Below, in pieces: positions 42,626 through 50,515 of a DNA stretch of 64,000 nt. This stretch comes from Pseudomonadota bacterium (GTDB lineage Bacteria; Pseudomonadota; Alphaproteobacteria; Rickettsiales; SXRF01), in the NCBI GenBank assembly GCA_963205195.1, contig CAUJHR010000008.1, positions 2,329 to 66,328 on the forward strand. Direction: 5' to 3'. The notes under the pieces were generated by a model. It did not search any database and was not told where the DNA came from. It saw only the letters and a list, made by a program, of their open reading frames with translations. The first letter of the stretch is position 1; every line of letters starts with the position of its first letter. A program made the position numbers and the translations under genes.

Positions 42626-43313
42626 TCGATTCCATACGATAACCAATTCCCGGCTCTGTTATTATATAGCGTGGCTGGGTGGGAACCGGCTCTATTTTTT
42701 CACGCAGCTGGCGTACATATACGCGCAGATACTGCATATCCTCCATATGGGCATTTCCCCATACTTCTTTTAAAACCTGTTTGTGGGTAAGCATTTTCCC
42801 GCGATTGATTAGGAAGTAGCGCAGCAATTCGTATTCTTTTGGTGTCAGCATTACTTTCTGGCCGCCCATAAAAACTTCATGGCGAACCAGATCCATCCTT
42901 ATATCACCATTAGCCAGTTCTGGCTCGCCTGCTTCTTGCGCGGCAGCTTTACGCAAGTTGGTATGGATACGCGCCAGCAATACATCAGGATTAAATGGTT
43001 TGGTAACATAATCGTCTGCACCCGCAGAAAGTGCATTTATGATTTCCTTATCGGTATTACGAACCGAGCATACAATAATAGGGACCTGCGACCATTGCCT
43101 TATACCATCAATAACTTCCTGCCCATCAATGTCTGGTAGCCCAAGATCAAGCAATACAAGCTCAGGTTTTACTGAAGCAACAAGCCGGATTCCCTCCTTG
43201 CCATTATCACATTCAACCATTCTATACCCGGCAGATTCCAACGATATTGCAAGGATCTTGCGAATTGATAATTCGTCTTCGATAACAAGTATTGTATTCT
43301 TCTTTTTTGCCAT
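42600..43313 (-). CDS. kdpE: OmpR-family response regulator, KdpE-like
   Basis: ILVIEDE ... LVLLDLGLPDIDG ... PIIVCSVRNTDKEIINALSAGADDYVTKPF plus a winged-helix C-terminus (LTPKEYELLRYF ... GIGYR). Confidence 0.8.
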   Translation of the reverse strand: MAKKKNTILVIEDELSIRKILAISLESAGYRMVECDNGKEGIRLVASVKPELVLLDLGLPDIDGQEVIDGIRQWSQVPIIVCSVRNTDKEIINALSAGADDYVTKPFNPDVLLARIHTNLRKAAAQEAGEPELANGDIRMDLVRHEVFMGGQKVMLTPKEYELLRYFLINRGKMLTHKQVLKEVWGNAHMEDMQYLRVYVRQLREKIEPVPTQPRYIITEPGIGYRMESITLPVGHP

Positions 43314-43466
43314 GGCTTTACTTTATTTAAATTTATTAATTATTCAAGCTTTACTCTAATATTTATAGGTTTTTTATATGAAATTATTAATTGTGTATGG
43401 TGGTTTTAGCTACAACAAGGCAGCATGTTAGCAATAATTATATGAAATGATATTAAAGGGGTGGCA

Positions 43467-43727
43467 ATGCAACAAAACCTGAAAATAAAACCAAGTTATT
43501 TTGACTTTAATTATCAAGCCCTATCTTCAGATGACCATGTGGTTTGCGATTGGAAAACATTAAGGGAGCAGCTTCTATCCCAATGGAAACAATTAACACC
43601 TTACGAGATCGACAATATTGGCCCAAGCCGCAGCCGACTGGCTTATCTGGTTGAGCAAAAATACGGGGTCGATTCATTATCGGTTGAAGCTTACCTGCGT
43701 AATTTTGAACGCACTCTACCACTTTAA
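43467..43727 (+). CDS. Hypothetical protein with CsbD-like C-terminal pattern
   Basis: WKQLTPYEIDNIGPSRSRLAYLVEQKYGVDSLSVEAYLRNF follows the CsbD pattern W.kLT..e...i.g.r..L...vqe.YG. AAAGGGG RBS before the ATG at 43467. Confidence 0.5.
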   Translation: MQQNLKIKPSYFDFNYQALSSDDHVVCDWKTLREQLLSQWKQLTPYEIDNIGPSRSRLAYLVEQKYGVDSLSVEAYLRNFERTLPL

Positions 43728-43752
43728 TAATTTACTTTCCTCCCTGCTCTTG

Positions 43753-43778
43753 CCGCCCAGAAATGGGCGGTCTTTTTT
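43753..43778 (+). terminator. Rho-independent terminator
   Basis: ccgccca-gaaa-tgggcgg followed by tctttttt, directly after 43467-43727. Confidence 0.65.
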
Positions 43779-43783
43779 GTGAT

Positions 43784-43813
43784 AAAAAGACCCCATTTAA
43801 ATATAAGGGGTCT
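43784..43813 (-). terminator. Rho-independent terminator (minus strand)
   Basis: agacccc-(12 nt)-ggggtct with an A-run on the plus strand, which is a U-run on the minus strand. Lies just downstream of 43820-44014. Confidence 0.5.
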
Positions 43814-43819
43814 GGCTAG

Positions 43820-44014
43820 CTAGATACTCTGGTTTGCCACGCTTTTTTCCGGTATATCCTCTGGTATATCCGTACGTCCTGGAACCTCTATAGGCGGTAT
43901 CTGCTCATCTGGTTTCTGTGTAGGCTCATTTGGGAGGCTACTTATAATATTACTACCCGTCCTGTCAGGAAGATTTATAGTATCTGATGTTTGGTTCACA
44001 TTATAATTAGGCAT
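43820..44014 (-). CDS. Small Pro/Glu-rich hypothetical protein
   Basis: 64-aa ORF with a strong RBS (AAGGAGG, 4 nt, ATG). A terminator follows. Probably co-transcribed with 44042-44545. Confidence 0.5.
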   Translation of the reverse strand: MPNYNVNQTSDTINLPDRTGSNIISSLPNEPTQKPDEQIPPIEVPGRTDIPEDIPEKSVANQSI

Positions 44015-44041
44015 AAAACCTCCTTTAATTAAAAATTAAAA

Positions 44042-44545
44042 TTAATCTAAAATATTCCATACCCCATCTTCATCACGACATGCCCTACCGCGCCCGGTAT
44101 GTTTTTTTCCGTCAATATAAATAACCTGTGTATATTCGCGGCAATATTCACCATCTTTATTTTTATACCGTTTATGCGGAGTGAATGACCCATGATTACC
44201 GTTATGGGAATTATTCCATGATTGGGTTTTTCCAGTTTCCATAGCACGTTGCGAAATGCGGGCGTGGGTATTTCTGTCGGCATTATCAAGCGATGTACCT
44301 ATGGAATTTCCTAACCATCCCCCTAGCAATCCGCCCCCTATTGTTGCAGCCACCGATCCTGCGCCCGAACCTATGGTGCTTCCCAGAACACCTCCGCCAA
44401 TAACCCCTACGGCAGTTCCTACATCTGCCTTATTAATAGCACCGCCATTCATTATACCTCTGCCTGGTGAACCATCAGATTCTGTGCACCCGGAAAGCAT
44501 TGCAGCTGCAATAGCAATCGCTATAAATTTTTTAGATCGCGGCAT
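44042..44545 (-). CDS. 17-kDa surface antigen-like glycine-zipper lipoprotein
   Basis: Lipobox LSGC, glycine zipper GVIGGGVLGSTIGSGAGSVAATIGGGLLGGWLG, and a C-terminal Cys-containing domain (YCREYTQVIYIDGKKHTGRGRACRDEDGVW). AAGGAGGG RBS. Confidence 0.75.
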   Translation of the reverse strand: MPRSKKFIAIAIAAAMLSGCTESDGSPGRGIMNGGAINKADVGTAVGVIGGGVLGSTIGSGAGSVAATIGGGLLGGWLGNSIGTSLDNADRNTHARISQRAMETGKTQSWNNSHNGNHGSFTPHKRYKNKDGEYCREYTQVIYIDGKKHTGRGRACRDEDGVWNILD

Positions 44546-44792
44546 GGGGACCCTCCTTCTATATATTTATCAATATTAAAATCTAGGTTAAAATAGGATA
44601 AAGAAGCGAGCAGCAAAAATAACTGTGCTATCAAAATGTTATAAAGACTGGCAATGTAAGTTTAATATTATCCTGCGTTTATGTTTGAATAGATGTTGCA
44701 TATAGTATCCTGATAAAAAATTACTTATATTTAATATGGTTAAGTGTATATTTTATCTAATGTTCAACTAATAACTAATAAGGAATAGCTTT

Positions 44793-45290
44793 ATGAAAAC
44801 AGTTGCCGGAATTTTTGATAGCGACATTACAGCAGACAGGGCCGTATCATCACTTCTTGATGAAGGTTTTACCAAGGATGATATAAGCCTTATCATGTCA
44901 GATAAAACTCGTGATAAACTTTTCTCAAGTACAGATGATGAAGCTAACCGCGTAGCTAAAGGCGGCATTCTCGGAGCAGCAGTTGGTGGTGCGCTAGGAG
45001 CTATTATTGCTGGCCTTACTACTGTAGGAGTTGTAGCAATTCCGGGCGGGGCCTTACTAGCTGTAGGGCCTATAGTAACCGCTTTATTTGGTGCAGGCGC
45101 AGGCGGAACAATTGGTGGTTTAAGCGGCGCATTAATAAGCTCTGGCTTTGCAGCCGATGATGCAAACCGTTTTGAAGATGAAATAAAGCGCGGGAAAGCA
45201 ATTGTTATAGTCCACGTGGCTAATGAAAACAAAGCTATTATTGCCAAAGCCGCGCTTTCTGTATCAGGCGCAACGATTAAAGCTGCTTAG
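44793..45290 (+). CDS. General-stress-type glycine-zipper protein (YflT/GsiB-neighbourhood type)
   Basis: N-terminal AGIFDSDITADRAVSSLLDEGFTKDDISLI, central GGILGAAVGGALGAIIAG ... GAGAGGTIGGLSG, and C-terminal FEDEIKRGKAIVIVH. The antisense ORF 44768-45247 was rejected. Confidence 0.7.
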   Translation: MKTVAGIFDSDITADRAVSSLLDEGFTKDDISLIMSDKTRDKLFSSTDDEANRVAKGGILGAAVGGALGAIIAGLTTVGVVAIPGGALLAVGPIVTALFGAGAGGTIGGLSGALISSGFAADDANRFEDEIKRGKAIVIVHVANENKAIIAKAALSVSGATIKAA

Positions 45291-45302
45291 GAAGGTATTT
45301 AT

Positions 45303-45380
45303 ATGCGTAGTTTTATTCTTTGGCTTTTAGGAGTGCCTATAAGTATTATTATTCTTCTTAATATTTTTCATATAATTTAG
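45303..45380 (+). CDS. Candidate 25-aa hydrophobic micro-protein
   Basis: MRSFILWLLGVPISIIILLNIFHII. AGGAAGG lies 7 nt upstream of the ATG, 12 nt after the stop of 44793-45290. Below the track cutoff. Confidence 0.35.
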   Translation: MRSFILWLLGVPISIIILLNIFHII

Positions 45381-45500
45381 CATTTTCGGGGGTATAAAAT
45401 TTACTGAAGTTTTATACCCCTTTGCTTTCTTGCCAATCGTTTCTTGAGGTAGCAATTGCTAACCTTTTTAATACCATGAAATAGAAAGGGGGTAAATGTT

Positions 45501-45623
45501 ATGCAAAACCAGAACAATAACCAACAAGCTAATAAAAACCAGACTCAGAACCGCGAACAGCAAAAAAGCCAGAATCGCGATAATGAGCAGAATCGCAACG
45601 AAGGAAAACGTAGCGAACAATAA
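45501..45623 (+). CDS. Candidate 40-aa N/Q-rich hydrophilic micro-protein
   Basis: MQNQNNNQQANKNQTQNREQQKSQNRDNEQNRNEGKRSEQ. Strong RBS AAAGGGGG upstream, and a 17-bp hairpin follows the stop. Confidence 0.45.
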   Translation: MQNQNNNQQANKNQTQNREQQKSQNRDNEQNRNEGKRSEQ

Positions 45624-45632
45624 TTAATATAC

Positions 45633-45679
45633 CAGAATGTGCAAACTGGCCGAATAATAATTCCAGTTTGCACATTCTG
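45633..45679 (+). terminator. Perfect 17-bp stem-loop (terminator/attenuator candidate)
   Basis: cagaatgtgcaaactgg - 13 nt - ccagtttgcacattctg, between the 40-aa ORF and the next start. Only a weak T-tract follows. Confidence 0.4.
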
Positions 45680-45698
45680 TATTCTATGGGGAAGTTTT

Positions 45699-45902
45699 AT
45701 GCCACTCAAAAAAGGCAGCAGCAAGAAAACGGTAAGCCATAATATCAAAGAAATGGTCGATTCCTGGGAACATTCCGGCAAGATTGGCAATAGCCACCCA
45801 GAGAGCAAGAAAAAAGCAGTTAAGCAGGCAGTAGCGATTTCACTTAAAAAGGCTGGTAAATCAAAATATCAAAATGACAATAAGTCATCTAAAAAGGCAT
45901 AA
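45699..45902 (+). CDS. Small basic conserved hypothetical protein (MPLKKGSSKKT... family)
   Basis: The preferred start MPLKKGSSKKTVSHNIKEMV is preceded by GGGGA. KAVKQAVAISLKKAGKSK resembles a small family seen in bacteria and phages. The track ORF starts upstream, inside the hairpin. Confidence 0.55.
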   Translation: MPLKKGSSKKTVSHNIKEMVDSWEHSGKIGNSHPESKKKAVKQAVAISLKKAGKSKYQNDNKSSKKA

Positions 45903-46029
45903 ATAGAATTATTTTATAAAAAACTTATGCTTATAGCCAAGCTGAACTATCGCTGCTTAATATCAAAAAATTTATAAATCAGTTAACCAGGTAAGGTGCC
46001 TGGGTACATCAACAAACAAGGAGTATTTT

Positions 46030-46473
46030 ATGAATAAGTTTTATATTGTTACGGCATCTATGCTGGCTTTTGGCCTTACCGCCCCAGCATTTGCAGAAAC
46101 TGTTTCTTCTGAGAGCAGCAGCAAAACCAAAATGGAGCAAGATTCTGACGGCAGCTACAGCAAGAAAGCAACTAAATCTTCTGAAAGCACTGATTCTGCA
46201 GGTACTACCAACAAATCGGAAACCAATGTTAAGGAAAGCGTTGATGCTGATGGCAATGGCAAAAAGACCGTTACCACTGAAACATCTTCTGATCCTAAAG
46301 GGCTTATGAACAAAACAAAAACTTCTACAACTGACACTGTTAAAGTGAAGGATGGCAATGTTGAGCATCACCATAAGAAAAAGGTTGATGGCAAAACCGT
46401 AACTATAAATATTATTAAGGTTATTAGACCATTATTACGATTATTAGAGCCAGCCATAAAGCCTCCTTTTTGA
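46030..46473 (+). CDS. Secreted S/T/K/D-rich low-complexity protein
   Basis: AAGGAG RBS and signal peptide MNKFYIVTASMLAFGLTAPAFA. Same leader ending (PAFA) and composition as 2692-3009, including an HHHKKK stretch. Confidence 0.6.
   Translation: MNKFYIVTASMLAFGLTAPAFAETVSSESSSKTKMEQDSDGSYSKKATKSSESTDSAGTTNKSETNVKESVDADGNGKKTVTTETSSDPKGLMNKTKTSTTDTVKVKDGNVEHHHKKKVDGKTVTINIIKVIRPLLRLLEPAIKPPF
46368..46457 (-). CDS. Speculative 29-aa TM micro-protein overlapping the 3' end of 46030-46473
   Basis: MAGSNNRNNGLITLIIFIVTVLPSTFFLW, with AAAAGGAGG 4 nt upstream of the ATG. Would be the last gene of the DUF883 operon. Confidence 0.25.
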   Translation of the reverse strand: MAGSNNRNNGLITLIIFIVTVLPSTFFLW

Positions 46474-46483
46474 TTAAAATTAA

Positions 46484-46648
46484 TTATAAACTCAATTCAT
46501 GCCAGTCATTTATCTGTTCTTCCCAGGATAAATCATCACCTAGATGTTGACCTTCAAATGGCATCTGCCCAATAGATGCAAATTTATCAAATTCATCATC
46601 TAATATAGGGAATGAATTATTTGCGGCACCTTGTTTGCAAATAGGCAT
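46484..46648 (-). CDS. Small acidic hypothetical protein
   Basis: Preferred start MPICKQ (AAGGAG, 5 nt, ATG), 11 nt after the stop of 46660-47040. Confidence 0.45.
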   Translation of the reverse strand: MPICKQGAANNSFPILDDEFDKFASIGQMPFEGQHLGDDLSWEEQINDWHELSL

Positions 46649-46659
46649 AGAATCTCCTT

Positions 46660-47040
46660 TTAATGCGACGTGCAAATATTGCTTTCATCAATTATTTTAT
46701 CCATACGGCGAATAGTTCTGAGCAATTCATCCATTTTAGCAGCCTGCTCCTTAGTGCTTGGATTAAGTAACGCCCCTAATATGAAACCAACGCCAAGCGC
46801 AATAGCACTTGATTGCAGCGGGTTACTACGAATCTGTGAGGATACAGAATTTTTAACGCTATCAATCTCATCACTTGCCGAATCAATAGCTGTATCTATC
46901 AAACCACGGGCTTTGCGTGCTGCTTTGTTGGCAGTATAGCGCACATCATCCTTTACTTCTTCTATGCTATCGTTCAATTCATTATGAAAATTCTGGCCTG
47001 TTGTTTTAGGCAGGTTATCATTCTTATTTGCAGTAAACAT
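46660..47040 (-). CDS. DUF883 (ElaB/YqjD/YgaM-like) stress protein
   Basis: Helical hydrophilic N-terminal part followed by NPLQSSAIALGVGFILGALL, a membrane-anchor-like segment. AAAGGAG RBS. Confidence 0.7.
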   Translation of the reverse strand: MFTANKNDNLPKTTGQNFHNELNDSIEEVKDDVRYTANKAARKARGLIDTAIDSASDEIDSVKNSVSSQIRSNPLQSSAIALGVGFILGALLNPSTKEQAAKMDELLRTIRRMDKIIDESNICTSH

Positions 47041-47175
47041 ATTATTCTCCTTTTATGGTTAACATTAAATAGGATTTGAGTGTTATCAGTATCTACAGAG
47101 TGGCAGCTATTATATGAAAAAACGATTATGCACCTCAAAGATAATCGTAAATATTATATAAATTGATATTTGGAT

Positions 47176-47206
47176 GAAAAAAATGCCCGGGGTTTAATCC
47201 GGGCAT
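47176..47206 (-). terminator. Rho-independent terminator of the CsbD-like gene
   Basis: atgcccgg-ggtttaat-ccgggcat preceded on the plus strand by aaaaaaa, which is a U-run on the minus strand. Confidence 0.65.
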
Positions 47207-47231
47207 AAACAACATAAATTATAAGGAAATA

Positions 47232-47459
47232 TTAGGCTGCCCTATCAGAAGACGAGCACCCGCAATTTTTTTCAAATTCAGAAATTTCATTTTCTGCAGC
47301 TTCTTTAGTTTTGCCATAAGCTTCTTGGATTTTTCCAGCGAATTCCTGGCGTTTTCCCTTAGCAAGCAATTCAAAATCGGTATCACCAATTTTTGCCCAT
47401 TGCTGCTTTGCTTTGCCTTTTAACTGCTCCCAGTTACCTTCAATTGTATCCTTATTCAT
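47232..47459 (-). CDS. CsbD-family general stress protein
   Basis: MNKDTIEGNWEQLKGKAKQQWAKIGDTDFELLAKGKRQEFAGKIQEAYGKTKEAAENEI is the CsbD pattern. GAAGGAG lies 6 nt upstream of this ATG. Confidence 0.8.
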   Translation of the reverse strand: MNKDTIEGNWEQLKGKAKQQWAKIGDTDFELLAKGKRQEFAGKIQEAYGKTKEAAENEISEFEKNCGCSSSDRAA

Positions 47460-47586
47460 AAATTTCTCCTTCATCATTAAGAAATAACGAAGCGGTTTAT
47501 CCGCTACGCATAATTCAATTATTGGAAATTATAAATCAGGAAACGATAGCTTGCTTAATACGCTTTTATAAAAAAGTGATAAGGGG

Positions 47587-47994
47587 TTATATGGCTTGTT
47601 TTCCTAAGTGTTTTTCAATTTTACTCTTGAATTCATCAGGGTTATATGGCTTAGCAAGGTAATCATCCATGCCTACAGCCAAGCATCTTTCGCGATCTCC
47701 TGACAAGGCATGGGCAGTCATGCCAATTATAGGCAAGCGCTTTTTGCCAGTATTATTATTTTCTTTTTCCCATTCCCGGACAAAATGAGTAGCTTCAAAA
47801 CCATCAATTCCTGGCATCTGCACATCCATAAGTATTAAATCGAAAGATAGGCTTTTAATTTTATGCAAGGCTTCCTGCCCGTTATAAGCAACGCTGTACT
47901 GATAGCCAAATTCTTCGAGCAGCGCTGTAGCGACAAGGACATTCGCCTTGTAGTCTTCGACAAGTAATATATGGGCTTTTGTATCTTCTGTCAT
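47587..47994 (-). CDS. Single-domain response regulator (CheY-like)
   Basis: ILLVEDY ... [14 protein letters not shown] ... IIGMTAHA ... [12 protein letters not shown] overlap with the kinase gene. Confidence 0.85.
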   Translation of the reverse strand: MTEDTKAHILLVEDYKANVLVATALLEEFGYQYSVAYNGQEALHKIKSLSFDLILMDVQMPGIDGFEATHFVREWEKENNNTGKKRLPIIGMTAHALSGDRERCLAVGMDDYLAKPYNPDEFKSKIEKHLGKQAI

Positions 47995-49949
47995 GCTGCC
48001 ATGCCTCCTAATAAAACATTTATTTTAACCATCAATTCTTCCGGCAAGAATGGCTTGGTCAAATAATCATCCATTCCGGCTTGCAGGCATTTTTCCTTAT
48101 CACCAAGCATGGCAAAAGCAGTAACAGCAACTATAGGGATTTTCTTCTGCCCTTTTACATATTCCATAGCACGTATACGACGCACAGTTTCAATTCCATC
48201 AAGACCAGGCATCTGTATATCCATTAATATTAGAGAATAATTATTTTCCTGAAATTTTTTGAATGCCTCTATCCCATCATGCGCTACATCACAGGAAAAT
48301 CCCAACTGTTCTAATATAGCACAGGCAACCAGTATATTGGGGGAATAATCCTCAACCAGCAAAACTGTTCTCCCGTTTGAATCAACATCATTACCTTTTA
48401 TTTTATCTGCACCATTTTCCCTGCTTAGCAAATTGCTTTTGTTTTTTACACATTCAAGCGGCAGGAATATTGTAAAAATTGAACCTATGCCAATTGTACT
48501 TTGAACTTCAATTCGCCCTTTCATATGGGCAACCAGTGATTGGCTTATAGCCAGCCCTAACCCTGTTCCACCATATTTCCTTGTTGTAGAAGCATCAGCC
48601 TGGGTAAATTTATCGAATATAGTCGCAAGATTCTCTGCTTCTATTCCAATCCCACTATCACTTACTTCAATTTTAATGCCTGCTGGTGAATCTGCTGATC
48701 CTTGATATTCTGACAATATAATCCTTACATATCCTGCTTCGGTAAATTTTACCGCATTGCTTACAAGATTAGTGATAACTTGCTGCAATCTAAGAGGATC
48801 ACCCATATAATAACGGTGATAAAGTTGTGATGAATCAATAAGGAGCTGCAGTTTTTTTTCCTGAGCGCGCACACCCATTATGCTTAGTACATTCATAATG
48901 GTTTGCAGCATGTCAAATTCTACATTCTCAAGCATGATAGAACCGTCTTCAAGCCTTGCAAAATCAAGAAGGTCATTAATAAGTGACAGCAAGTTGTCAC
49001 CGCTAATACGTAAAGTATCAACATACTCTTTCTGGCGCTCTGTAAGTTGAGTACGGGTTAATACATGTGAAAGCCCGATAACTGCATTAAGCGGGGTCCG
49101 TATCTCGTGGCTCATATTAGCAAGGAATTCGCTTTTTGCACGATTCGCGCTTTCTGCATTCTCCTTGGCTTCCCTGAGTTCACTTATAACTTTACTTAAT
49201 TCCTGCTCATTATCATAAATTTCTGCCATCATCACATTAAAAGCATCCACCAACTCCCCTATCTCATCATTACTATATTTGTGAGCTTTTATTGGCTTGC
49301 TTAAATCTTTGGAAAATGAACGTGCTGCGTCGGATAAATCAATAATTGGGCGTGAAATTATGCGCTGGAAATATAGCGAGATAGGCCATATCAATCCCAG
49401 CACTACAAATATAACACTGAATTTAACAACAGCTATTTTAAGCAGCTCTAAATGGGTTTCGCTTAGGTTATAGCTTACATAAAGGCTTCCTAATAGGCGC
49501 CCTCCATCTTCTGTATAAATTGCCCTGTATAATTCTAAATTTCCAAAATGATGGTATAATTCGTAATTTGCATGCAAAGGGCAATTAACGTCATCTTTTT
49601 TGCTAATAATAGAGCGATATGTAGCAATTGGTTTATCCTGCTCATCATAAATGCAGGCTTTCTCAATAAGAGGATCGATCCGCAATGAGGCAAGATTTTC
49701 TTTTGCTGCTTTAGGATCCATGAATTCAAGTGCGGCACGCGATTGCACGGACATACTCTCAGCAGTCATTTCCAGTCTTTTAATTGCCTGATTAGTAAGC
49801 AAATTCCATTGAAATATCATATTTATTATTGAAGAAAGCAGCAAGGCTACCGCGCAAACTGCAACAATTGTTGCAATCAACTTATGCCTAAGAGACCATA
49901 AATGGAAACGTCTGAATATTTTCAAATTACTAAATATATACTTAGTCAT
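47991..49949 (-). CDS. Hybrid sensor histidine kinase/response regulator
   Basis: Two TM helices flank a periplasmic domain of about 140 aa. HAMP region, H-box [12 protein letters not shown]-box GTGLGLAIS, and C-terminal REC ([13 protein letters not shown]). Confidence 0.9.
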   Translation of the reverse strand: MTKYIFSNLKIFRRFHLWSLRHKLIATIVAVCAVALLLSSIINMIFQWNLLTNQAIKRLEMTAESMSVQSRAALEFMDPKAAKENLASLRIDPLIEKACIYDEQDKPIATYRSIISKKDDVNCPLHANYELYHHFGNLELYRAIYTEDGGRLLGSLYVSYNLSETHLELLKIAVVKFSVIFVVLGLIWPISLYFQRIISRPIIDLSDAARSFSKDLSKPIKAHKYSNDEIGELVDAFNVMMAEIYDNEQELSKVISELREAKENAESANRAKSEFLANMSHEIRTPLNAVIGLSHVLTRTQLTERQKEYVDTLRISGDNLLSLINDLLDFARLEDGSIMLENVEFDMLQTIMNVLSIMGVRAQEKKLQLLIDSSQLYHRYYMGDPLRLQQVITNLVSNAVKFTEAGYVRIILSEYQGSADSPAGIKIEVSDSGIGIEAENLATIFDKFTQADASTTRKYGGTGLGLAISQSLVAHMKGRIEVQSTIGIGSIFTIFLPLECVKNKSNLLSRENGADKIKGNDVDSNGRTVLLVEDYSPNILVACAILEQLGFSCDVAHDGIEAFKKFQENNYSLILMDIQMPGLDGIETVRRIRAMEYVKGQKKIPIVAVTAFAMLGDKEKCLQAGMDDYLTKPFLPEELMVKINVLLGGMAA

Positions 49950-50515
49950 TATCTTGCCTTTCGAGCCAAATCAAGCAAGCGGGAACTTACCTGAAAACCC
50001 TCATGCTCAAGCCGGGACTGATCTATCCTTATTGAGATCCTCTCGCCATCTTGTGCCAACTCTATCATACCCGCACTATCTAGAGGGTCATCGGGTTTAA
50101 ATACTACCAATGTATCTCTGGGCGTTGACTCCTCTATTGCCTGCGACATACGATGGCGTATAAAGAATATATTACAACCTATAATAGATTCAGGATTGTT
50201 TATTGTTTTTATGGTAAGTGTCCGCTCATCGGACATCTTATTGCTTATGTATACTAAATAAGGAATAATAGGATCTTCACCATACACGCAGACGATTGGT
50301 TTTTGCAGGTCCTGAGGGGTAAGCAAACCAGGCCAAGTAATATAATTGAAAAAACTATAAAGAAATGCGGCCTCCAGCTTATATTGGCGTTCTTCCGCTG
50401 AAGCTGTATTAGAAAAAACTATTATAATGACTGCTGCGAATATATTACAGCAAGCTTTCTTCCACCCTATTGAAATGCAGTTTTCTCCCAACATATATTT
50501 CCCTAGAATTTCCAA
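49949..50515 (-). CDS. YfiR-family (DUF4154) periplasmic protein
   Basis: [18 protein letters not shown] after a signal-like segment is the DUF4154 signature. The stop shares 1 nt with the kinase start (TAATG). Confidence 0.75.
   Translation of the reverse strand: MEILGKYMLGENCISIGWKKACCNIFAAVIIIVFSNTASAEERQYKLEAAFLYSFFNYITWPGLLTPQDLQKPIVCVYGEDPIIPYLVYISNKMSDERTLTIKTINNPESIIGCNIFFIRHRMSQAIEESTPRDTLVVFKPDDPLDSAGMIELAQDGERISIRIDQSRLEHEGFQVSSRLLDLARKAR

Noticed and set aside
44768-45247. Minus-strand 159-aa ORF antisense to 44793-45290.
   Set aside because: It is a mirror-image artefact of a Gly/Ala-rich gene. The plus-strand product has a recognisable stress-protein architecture and an RBS (TAAGGAA).
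43314-47586. EcfG-type general-stress promoters (GGAAC-N16/17-CGTT) upstream of the small stress genes.
   Set aside because: I scanned each upstream region by eye. Only partial, wrongly oriented or wrongly spaced matches turned up (for example GGAAAC...CGCT at about 47541 on the non-coding-relevant strand).
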